A DNA stretch of 64,000 nucleotides, taken from assembly GCA_027491395.1 (NCBI GenBank), contig JAOZFI010000036.1, forward strand, positions 32,001 through 96,000. The letters are read 5' to 3'. The number at the start of each line of letters is the position of its first letter. The first letter of the stretch is position 1. Positions 37,668 to 45,175 of the stretch are shown here, one piece after another. The stretch is from Thermoproteota archaeon (GTDB taxonomy: Archaea; Korarchaeota; Korarchaeia; Korarchaeales; Korarchaeaceae). The notes beneath the pieces were generated by a model. The model saw nothing but the letters and a program-made list of their open reading frames with translations, was not told the origin of the DNA and did not search any database. The translations under genes were made by a program, and so were the position numbers.

Positions 37668-38759
37668 TCAAGAGATATGGTCTAAAAGGAACGAGGGGAG
37701 TGAGACTATCTTCATGCCTTTCACCTTATTTCTCCCCTCTAGGGCTTCATAGATCATGGAGTAACATGCGACTTCCTCGATAATTACGTAGTCGGCATCC
37801 ATGTTGCCTGCTATGTCAAGCAGCTTAGCTAGCCATCTGTCGAACTTCTCCGGCTCCGCTTGGTAGATGAGCGTGGCACCGCAGTCGCAGCACACCCACT
37901 CCGGGATCTCCAACACATTCGCATTCTTTATGGATCTCAGTATTCTCTTGGATGCGCCATTGCTCCTACACGATGGCACCAAGAACACCTTGTTCTTCTT
38001 ACCCTTCAGGCTCTTAGTCCTTATCTTTCCCTCTTCTAAAGCCTCTTCTATGACAGAGGCCAAGTCCTTCATGCCTAAATCCGTGAACATGTTGGCACAC
38101 AGCGAACATCCAGATACCACGTGTTTCGGGGAGAGGTCAGCTAAGAACCTCCTCAACTCTTCCCTTGACTCCTCAGAACTGTCCTTCTCCCCAATCACGT
38201 ACACGAGCCCTCCACAGCATGGCTCGTTTGTTCCCGCCGGGACTACCCTCTCCGAGATCTTATGGAGGAGCTTGTTAGCTGACAACGCCACTTCGGGTAC
38301 TGTGTGAACCCAGCATCCCGCGAAGAAGAGTAGATCTGCTCCCTTCTCGGGCTGGAAGTCAGGCGGCAGCCATACTCCCTTAGTTATCCTGTCTCCGATC
38401 GGGCTGCCGGTCTTCCTCCTCACGTCTCTCATGCCGACGGTGACTAAAGGGACGTATCCCATGTCTATTAACGCCGATCTGGAACCGACAATCACACCGA
38501 AGACATCTATGCCCACAGGACAGAAGTTACTGCAGAGCCCGCAGTTCATGCAGGTGAACGTGTAGCTGAGGAACTCCTCTGTTAATTCAATCTTTCCATA
38601 GCTTAGCATTGAGAGAAGTTTTATACGAGCCCTTGCGCCTTCTGTCTCCCTAAGACCCTCCACATGGAACATGGGGCAGGGGATGTTGCACGCTCCGCAT
38701 CCAATGCATCTCCCTAGCTCCTTGACAAGCTGCTCCGGGAACTCCACCAAAGGATTCAC
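37668..38759 (-). CDS. Fe-S oxidoreductase with 2x[4Fe-4S] and CCG domains (GlcF/HdrD-like)
   Basis: CIGCGACNIPCP, CMNCGLCSNFCP, FAGC, EPCCGG, SGCSLC; second CCG domain degenerate. Confidence 0.8.
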   Translation of the reverse strand: MNPLVEFPEQLVKELGRCIGCGACNIPCPMFHVEGLRETEGARARIKLLSMLSYGKIELTEEFLSYTFTCMNCGLCSNFCPVGIDVFGVIVGSRSALIDMGYVPLVTVGMRDVRRKTGSPIGDRITKGVWLPPDFQPEKGADLLFFAGCWVHTVPEVALSANKLLHKISERVVPAGTNEPCCGGLVYVIGEKDSSEESREELRRFLADLSPKHVVSGCSLCANMFTDLGMKDLASVIEEALEEGKIRTKSLKGKKNKVFLVPSCRSNGASKRILRSIKNANVLEIPEWVCCDCGATLIYQAEPEKFDRWLAKLLDIAGNMDADYVIIEEVACYSMIYEALEGRNKVKGMKIVSLPSFLLDHIS

Positions 38760-40111
38760 CTCTCGATGAGCTTTCCGGGGTTCATGATCCAGTTCGGATC
38801 GAGAGCCTCCTTCACCTTAGAGAATATGGTCACAAACCCCTCATCCATATCTGGGGTTATCCTATTGACTCCGATGCCGGTTCCGAACCCCACAGATCCT
38901 CCCAGTGATACTGTCCTGCCTATGACGTTTTGGGCAGCTTTTTCCGTTCTCTCCACCTCCTTCTCGTTGGTGGGATCGTATAGGAATATGGCCATAACCC
39001 AACCCAAAGGCGGATCGAAGACGGTCACTACAGGGAGCTTCATCCTGGAACCCGTTCTATCTATCTCTTGGACAGCATCCCTGACTAAATGGGGATGAAC
39101 TCTCATGCTCACGACCTTTATCGCAGATTTCCTGCTCTTAGCAATCTCGTATATGCCCTTCCTCCTGATCCATATATCACTCGCATCCTCTAGATCAGCT
39201 TCCTCATGCTGAATCTCCATACTGCCCAATACTTCGCTCAACCTAGAGCTCCACAGATCCACGCAGTCTTCCTTACCCGCCAGCTCTAGATAGGCTATGG
39301 CTTCCGTTCCTCCACCTTCAACCACCTCTCTGTAGTTGTGATACACCTCAAAGCCCATCACGCTCATACCCTCCTTCTCTATAGTGTTCTGGACGGTTAT
39401 AGAATCAGATACATCCGAGAACTCAATTATGAAAGCCCTTCTACTCTCAGGTTTCAAGGGTAGTCTCAGATAGGCGGATGTAAATATCCCGAGGGTCCCT
39501 TCCGATCCCAACATTAGGCCTAGAGTGTTCCACTTACTGGGAGGTCCAGGCTGCTCTACTAAGACTACCTCTCCAGATGGGAGAACCACTTCGACACCTA
39601 TCACTAGGTCCTTCATGGTTCCGTATTTAGCTGAGAGCGGAGAGGCTGCATCTTCGGCTATTAGACCGCCAACGGTGGAAAATCCGGATCCGTCCGGATT
39701 AATAGGCATGAATCTATCGGGAAATACCTTGTTGAGCTCTAAGACTTTTACTCCTGCTTCCACTCTGATGAGACCGCTGAAGTCGTCCCTGTCCAAGATT
39801 CCGTTCATCATTTGCATATCTACAACTATGCCCCCCTCTATGGGTAACGGTCCTGCCACTAAAGATGTCCCTGAGCCCCTAGGAATTACCGGAACGCCGT
39901 ATCTATTGGCAGCCTCCACGATGAACGACACATCCTCTACATCAGACGGCCTAACCACGGCGGATGGGGTCGCATGAATACCAGAAGCATCGTAAGAGTA
40001 GGCAGACCTGTCCAGATCTTCTAGAAGAACCCTATCCTCTCCTAACTGGGAGGCGATCTCCTCCGCCGCTTTAACTGCTGGTTCCTCGGCCATATTTAAC
40101 CCTAAGACCAT
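38756..40111 (-). CDS. FAD-binding oxidoreductase (GlcD/GlcE, D-lactate dehydrogenase fold)
   Basis: PRGSGTSL, TVGG, GSEGTLGI and DPNWIMNPGK motifs; alternative start 40093. Confidence 0.85.
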   Translation of the reverse strand: MVLGLNMAEEPAVKAAEEIASQLGEDRVLLEDLDRSAYSYDASGIHATPSAVVRPSDVEDVSFIVEAANRYGVPVIPRGSGTSLVAGPLPIEGGIVVDMQMMNGILDRDDFSGLIRVEAGVKVLELNKVFPDRFMPINPDGSGFSTVGGLIAEDAASPLSAKYGTMKDLVIGVEVVLPSGEVVLVEQPGPPSKWNTLGLMLGSEGTLGIFTSAYLRLPLKPESRRAFIIEFSDVSDSITVQNTIEKEGMSVMGFEVYHNYREVVEGGGTEAIAYLELAGKEDCVDLWSSRLSEVLGSMEIQHEEADLEDASDIWIRRKGIYEIAKSRKSAIKVVSMRVHPHLVRDAVQEIDRTGSRMKLPVVTVFDPPLGWVMAIFLYDPTNEKEVERTEKAAQNVIGRTVSLGGSVGFGTGIGVNRITPDMDEGFVTIFSKVKEALDPNWIMNPGKLIER

Positions 40112-40167
40112 GGGGAGCAGGAAAATGTAATAACCTTTCGTAGAGTAGGGGTAATCGGTGGGATCAG

Positions 40168-41268
40168 GTGTTTAGACTTCCACTTGACGGCCTTCACAGG
40201 GAGCTGGGAGCTAAGTTCTTCGAGTTCGCCGGTTGGGAAATGCCAATGAAGTACACGAACTCACTTAAGGAGACGCTCTCGGTCAGAAATTCGGTCGGGA
40301 TATTTGACACATCTCACATGGGGCGTTTCCTGCTCCGGGGACCTCACGCGGTTGACTTCCTCCAGAGAGCCACCTCAAATAACATCAGGATATCTAACGG
40401 GAGGACGAGGTACACCCTAACCCTCAACCCCGAGGGGGGAATAAAGGATGATAATGTGGCCTTCAAGCTTTCGGACGAACTTGTCCTATTCGTTGTGAAC
40501 GCGTCGAACAGGGAGAAGATACTGAAGTGGTTCGAGGGATTGATATCGGAGTGGGGTATGGACGTGGAATTGAGAGATGAGACCTTTAGGACCGTGATGA
40601 TGGCCATCCAAGGACCTAAAGCTAGGGGCCTCGTTCACAACGTATTAGGAAGGACTTTTGACCTAAAGAAGTTCAGGGTAGAAGAGAGTACTCACGAGGG
40701 AGCCAAGTTCATCGTAAGTAGGACAGGTTACACCGGGGAGGATGGCTACGAGATAGTAGCGTGGGATGTTCACTGGGCTGAATCCATCTACAGGGAACTG
40801 GTGGACAAAGGAGCGGTACCTTGCGGGCTGGTCGCGAGGGATATACTCAGGCTCGAGGCCGGGCTAGTTCTCTATGGGAACGACATAGACGAGGGAACGA
40901 ATCCATTTGAAGCAGGTCTGGATTTCGCCGTGAAGCTAGATAAGGAGTTCTTCATAGGTAAAGAAGCTTTGATTAGAGTGAAGGAGGAAGGGATGAAGAG
41001 GAAGAGGGTCGGCCTGCTAAGCGAGACTAGAAACTCCCCAAGAAAGGGGGATAAGATACTCAGGGACGAGGAAGAGGTGGGCGTGGTCACCAGCGGCACC
41101 TTCAGTCCCACATTAGGGAGGGGAATAGGTATGGGATACGTCCCACCTGAGTTATCAAGGGAGGGAGAGGAATTCACTATCAAGGGGGCGAAGGAGTTCA
41201 AGGCGAGGGTTTCTAAAATGCCCTTCTACGACGAAAGTAAGTACGGATGGAGGAGATCCTCTACCTGA
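40168..41268 (+). CDS. gcvT: Glycine cleavage system aminomethyltransferase T
   Basis: FAGWEMP, FDTSHMG, QGP, RTGYTGEDGYE, ARDILRLEAG. Confidence 0.95.
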   Translation: MFRLPLDGLHRELGAKFFEFAGWEMPMKYTNSLKETLSVRNSVGIFDTSHMGRFLLRGPHAVDFLQRATSNNIRISNGRTRYTLTLNPEGGIKDDNVAFKLSDELVLFVVNASNREKILKWFEGLISEWGMDVELRDETFRTVMMAIQGPKARGLVHNVLGRTFDLKKFRVEESTHEGAKFIVSRTGYTGEDGYEIVAWDVHWAESIYRELVDKGAVPCGLVARDILRLEAGLVLYGNDIDEGTNPFEAGLDFAVKLDKEFFIGKEALIRVKEEGMKRKRVGLLSETRNSPRKGDKILRDEEEVGVVTSGTFSPTLGRGIGMGYVPPELSREGEEFTIKGAKEFKARVSKMPFYDESKYGWRRSST

Positions 41269-41593
41269 CCTTCCCCAAGACCACATGACTGACGGTCTTC
41301 GCAAGCCTCCGAGTCTCGGCAATTTTAACGACGTCTCCTTCTTTTATATCGAGACACGGTGGGAGGTGCGCGTGAATCTTGCTCCTCCTCCTCTCGTACC
41401 TCTTGTATTTCGGCCTATAATGAAGGTACTCAACGAGCACGGTCACAGTTCCCGTCATCTTGGTGCTGATAACCCTACCCACCAAGGTCTTCCCCCTGAT
41501 AGATATGCTTCCGTGCCAAGGGCACTTTTCATCGGAGCATTCCCTCTCAGGAGGGATCACATCTCCGATCAGAGCTTCAGATAGTCTCCTCAT
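41261..41593 (-). CDS. rps17: 30S ribosomal protein uS17
   Basis: CSDEKCPWHG, KYKRYERRRSKIHAH, ETRRLAKT. Confidence 0.95.
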   Translation of the reverse strand: MRRLSEALIGDVIPPERECSDEKCPWHGSISIRGKTLVGRVISTKMTGTVTVLVEYLHYRPKYKRYERRRSKIHAHLPPCLDIKEGDVVKIAETRRLAKTVSHVVLGKVR

Positions 41594-41862
41594 GATCTTT
41601 TCACCCTTTCCTCAGGTCTTCCCACTACCTTATCACCTAGGACGATGACTCGTTTACCACTGGGCAACCTAAATAAAAACAACCTCTTATCCTTAGGTAC
41701 CCTGACATCACCCTTGGATGTCCTGATCACAAGCATGTTCTTGGTCTCGTAAATGACCTTTCCCTTGATCCCCAGCTCCGGCAGATTGGGTGAGGACAAC
41801 AGTTCCACCTCCAGACCGATAAGCTCGTGATAAAGGATATTGGAGGGTTTTATGGGAGCTAT
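41590..41862 (-). CDS. rnp1: Ribonuclease P protein component 1 (Rpp29/Pop4), apparent AUA start
   Basis: NILYHELIGLEVE..GIKGKVIYETKN..RPEER; the conserved N-terminus extends upstream of the GTG at 41808. Confidence 0.85.
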   Translation of the reverse strand: MAPIKPSNILYHELIGLEVELLSSPNLPELGIKGKVIYETKNMLVIRTSKGDVRVPKDKRLFLFRLPSGKRVIVLGDKVVGRPEERVKRS

Positions 41863-42068
41863 ATCCTTATACCCCTCTCCCTAAGAATGGTCAGAATCCT
41901 AGCCTTCTCTCTCCTCAGTTCTCTGTTAAGGTGGATCTTCTCAGCCGCTCCCATTAATCTCTTGGCTTCTAGAAGGAAGAACTCCTTCTCCACCTCTCTC
42001 AACCGCTCTAAGAGCTCCTCGTTAGTCATACCTCTTAGCTCCTCAACCTTCCTCGTTGGCAACCTCAC
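41859..42068 (-). CDS. rpl29: 50S ribosomal protein uL29
   Basis: ELRGMTNEEL...RREKARILTILRE; canonical position after rps3. Confidence 0.92.
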   Translation of the reverse strand: MRLPTRKVEELRGMTNEELLERLREVEKEFFLLEAKRLMGAAEKIHLNRELRREKARILTILRERGIRI

Positions 42069-42933
42069 TCACCCCCTCAGCCTCCTCCGATCCCAGTTCT
42101 GATTCAGACCTCGACTCCGAACTCAACTCAGATGATTCAGATTCCTCAGCAACTGAGCTTTCCTCCGCCTCAACTTCAACAACCTCAGCTTCCTTGACTT
42201 CCTCAGATCCCTCGGAAGACTCCAAGGCCTCCACTAACTCTTCAGGAACTTCGACCTCCACCTCGGTGGTAGACAACTCCTCTCTCTCAGCCTTCATCCT
42301 CTGCCTTATCTCCTCTATGACCTCCTCCTTTATTTTCACCGTATCAGGGCTCTCGACGTCGGGCCTCACTATCCTAACTCTAACACCTATCACCCCTTGG
42401 GGCATAAGCACATGCTTCACCGCATAGTCGACCTTCTCTATCTGATCCTGCCCGCATCTATAGATTACCCCGGCCCTGAACCTCTCTTCCCTAGCCCTCT
42501 GGCTTCCAAATTTGCCTGCGAGCCTTATCTCCACTCCCTTAGCGCCGGCCATCATGACCCTCCTGAGTGCGGAGAAGGCCACCCTCTTGTGCCTCTCTCC
42601 CCTAGCAATCCTCCTGGCTATGTAGCTAGCTACGATCCTCGCGCTCAGGAAGGGTTCGTCCACCTTCTTGGCCTGAATGTAGGGATTAGAGATGCCTAAG
42701 GCCTCTTTTACCATTTCTCCTATCTTTTTGGATGCTCTCCCACCCCTACCAATGATTATTCCGGGACGTTCGACGTAAACCGTAATGATGTCCCTCACAG
42801 GTGTGGAGGAAATGTCCACACCGTGAAAACCAGCCTTCTCAGCTACCTTCTCCATTAACTCATGCAAGGAGTACCTGATAATGCCCTCCTGAACGAACTT
42901 CTTATAGTTAGGCAGGGTCTTCGTGGCGCTCAT
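42043..42933 (-). CDS. rps3: 30S ribosomal protein uS3 with acidic C-terminal tail
   Basis: KH motif RPGIIIGRGG, AGAKGVEI..GK, GVIGVRVRI. Confidence 0.95.
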   Translation of the reverse strand: MSATKTLPNYKKFVQEGIIRYSLHELMEKVAEKAGFHGVDISSTPVRDIITVYVERPGIIIGRGGRASKKIGEMVKEALGISNPYIQAKKVDEPFLSARIVASYIARRIARGERHKRVAFSALRRVMMAGAKGVEIRLAGKFGSQRAREERFRAGVIYRCGQDQIEKVDYAVKHVLMPQGVIGVRVRIVRPDVESPDTVKIKEEVIEEIRQRMKAEREELSTTEVEVEVPEELVEALESSEGSEEVKEAEVVEVEAEESSVAEESESSELSSESRSESELGSEEAEGVSEVANEEG

Positions 42934-43400
42934 TCTTCCTCCTCCCTCTCCTCAAGCAATATTTCAACATGAACTAACTGCTCCACCTTGGGGGTGGCTC
43001 TACCGTAGGCTCTGGGAAATATTCTCTTCAGTTTGGTTCCGGTCTGAGCAGCCGCATGCTTCACATACAAGCGGTCAGGATCCAAGTCCTTGTTCGTAGC
43101 GTTATGCTCCGCACTCTTGAGTATCTTCTTGACTAGCTTCGCGGCCTTTACGGGATACCTACCAGGTTTCCACCTGTTCAGCTCCCTCCTATGGGGCACC
43201 CCCCTCTTAAACCTCTTGAAGGGCACAGCCCTCTTCAGAGCTATCACATCGTCTAGAATCTGATAAGCTTCAGACAGTTTCTTGCCTCGGATAGCTCTCA
43301 GCAACTCAACCGTCTCCTTGAACGATACCCTCAGGTCTCTCCCTGAGGCCATAGCTTCTCGCTCGCCTTTCGCGCTGTAGGAATATCCCCACGATGGCAA
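42930..43400 (-). CDS. rpl22: 50S ribosomal protein uL22
   Basis: VSFK, VPFKRF, GRYPVKAA, PRAYGRATP. Confidence 0.96.
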   Translation of the reverse strand: MPSWGYSYSAKGEREAMASGRDLRVSFKETVELLRAIRGKKLSEAYQILDDVIALKRAVPFKRFKRGVPHRRELNRWKPGRYPVKAAKLVKKILKSAEHNATNKDLDPDRLYVKHAAAQTGTKLKRIFPRAYGRATPKVEQLVHVEILLEEREEEE

Positions 43401-43448
43401 CCTTCTTTACCTCCCTTCGGTTGGCATAGATCGGGGGCGTTTATAAAA

Positions 43449-44156
43449 ATGCTTGAGAAGCTGGACCTCGTAGCTGTCGATGTGGACGGTACCATAACCC
43501 ACGAGGATCCGTACATTCACTTAGGAGCGGTTAAAGCTCTGAGATCTCTGGGGGAGAAGGTACCTATAGCCCTAGTGACGGGTAACCCCTTCCCCATCGC
43601 CTACGCTTTGTCAGTTTACTTGAGACCAAGCTCTCGAGTGATCGGGATAGCCGAAAACGGAGGGGTGGTGTACTTCGAGGGGAAGCACAGGTTACTTGGC
43701 AATCTGGATGTGATGAAAAAAGTGAAAAAATTTATAGAAAATAGTGATTACAGAAAATATATATCTAAAGACTCCGAGTTTAGATACGTTGATTTGGCCT
43801 TGAGGATGGATCCTACGACCCAAGAGAGGCTGATCAAAGATATACTCTCTAGAGGGTTGGATGTGGAAATAACGACCAGCGGCTATGCCCTCCACATAAT
43901 GCCCAAGGGGGTAAACAAGGGAACAGGGCTCCTATCTCTATGCGAGGAGCTTGGTATAGATCCAAGGCATGTGGCGGCTATAGGTGATTCTCACAATGAT
44001 CTGGAGATGTTTTCTGTGGTAGGTCTCTCGATAGCCCTCCCCAATGCCCCAAGAGAGGTCAAAGAAAGAGTAAACGTAGTCGTGGGAGGACCTGGATACG
44101 GATACAGCCTCCCACTTGCTATAAAAGTACTCAGGAACCTCCTTTCTTCTCTCTGA
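43449..44156 (+). CDS. HAD-family phosphoglycolate phosphatase (archaeal Cof-type)
   Basis: DVDGTIT, TGN, AENGG, NKG, GDSHND motifs. Confidence 0.9.
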   Translation: MLEKLDLVAVDVDGTITHEDPYIHLGAVKALRSLGEKVPIALVTGNPFPIAYALSVYLRPSSRVIGIAENGGVVYFEGKHRLLGNLDVMKKVKKFIENSDYRKYISKDSEFRYVDLALRMDPTTQERLIKDILSRGLDVEITTSGYALHIMPKGVNKGTGLLSLCEELGIDPRHVAAIGDSHNDLEMFSVVGLSIALPNAPREVKERVNVVVGGPGYGYSLPLAIKVLRNLLSSL

Positions 44157-45114
44157 CTCCCCTCTTAGACTTCTCCATCCTGAACCTCCAGAAGAGATAA
44201 GCTCCAACAATCACCGGCGGGACTACTGCAAGAAGAATGAGCTGAGGAGGTACGTAGGGCTCAGCCTTCTGTATTATGACCACTAGAGATTTACCATTCT
44301 CTTGAAGTTGGGGAACGAACTCCCAAAGGGCATCGTTCCATATGACCACTTTAGGTGCTGGGTTCCCTCCGAGTACTGAGATCTTTAGACTCGTGAAGTT
44401 GACCCATAGGTTGGCAGAGATGTCGTCCGGCAGTGCTGCAGTGAGAGGTGTCAGGTCTATGTAGTAATAACCGCTAGCACTTCTCCTGAGCTCCAATGGA
44501 AGGCTCTCTACCGTGAGATTGTAGTTCACAATTAGGGCACGTGTGGCCGCCTGCTCCTCGGTCTTGAAGGAGAGATGAAGTGACTTTATCTTGTCGCTCT
44601 TCGCCGCGACGGAGGCGACTGAGACGATCCCCGTGTAGTTTATGTGCGGGGTGGACGCGTAAGTTACATTAACGAAGTTCCACCTTATTCCATAGAGGAG
44701 GAGGAACCTGTCCCCATAGAAGAAGCTCATCATAGTGTGAACCGTAGTATTATCGAAGTAACCCGCTGCTTCAGCCTTGGGGAAGAAGTTGGCCCTCCTT
44801 GTAGGGTCTCCTGGCCTAGGAATAGCTATCAGGGTGTAAATCCCCCTAGGCCCAGCATTCGTCATGTTTATGGTGACATTCCCCCTGTAGCTTATCCAGT
44901 TGAGTATGGGAGCCTTGAGGACGTTGGAGAAGTATCTGGTTTCAGGCTCGTGAATCAGCCTGAAGACTTGGGCCTTCATAGTGGCTGAGAGATCCTCATG
45001 TATGAGTATAGTGGCTACTGGCATCGGCCTCACAGCGGAGACGGAGAGGATGGCAGTGCTCAGGAGTAAGATGGCAGTTAGTAGGACTGCAGGGCCCTTT
45101 CTCATGCTAGACAC
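44131..45114 (-). CDS. Hypothetical secreted protein with C-terminal TM anchor
   Basis: Signal peptide, NxS/T sequons, C-terminal hydrophobic helix and basic tail. Confidence 0.7.
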   Translation of the reverse strand: MSSMRKGPAVLLTAILLLSTAILSVSAVRPMPVATILIHEDLSATMKAQVFRLIHEPETRYFSNVLKAPILNWISYRGNVTINMTNAGPRGIYTLIAIPRPGDPTRRANFFPKAEAAGYFDNTTVHTMMSFFYGDRFLLLYGIRWNFVNVTYASTPHINYTGIVSVASVAAKSDKIKSLHLSFKTEEQAATRALIVNYNLTVESLPLELRRSASGYYYIDLTPLTAALPDDISANLWVNFTSLKISVLGGNPAPKVVIWNDALWEFVPQLQENGKSLVVIIQKAEPYVPPQLILLAVVPPVIVGAYLFWRFRMEKSKRGVREKKGGS

Positions 45115-45175
45115 CTTTCGCCAAACCGAGATGGTACCCTTTATTTAAATGAAGGTCCTTATGGATGCGCTGGGT

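Noticed and set aside
42050-42290. Repetitive-looking sequence (tcag/ctc-rich) as a tandem repeat or CRISPR array
   Set aside because: It is low-complexity coding sequence for the Glu/Ser-rich uS3 tail, with no constant repeat-spacer period
43742-43769. Similarity of ATATATCTAAA to one arm of Thermococcales dif sites
   Set aside because: The other 11-bp arm at 6-bp spacing does not match; kept only as part of the AT-island finding
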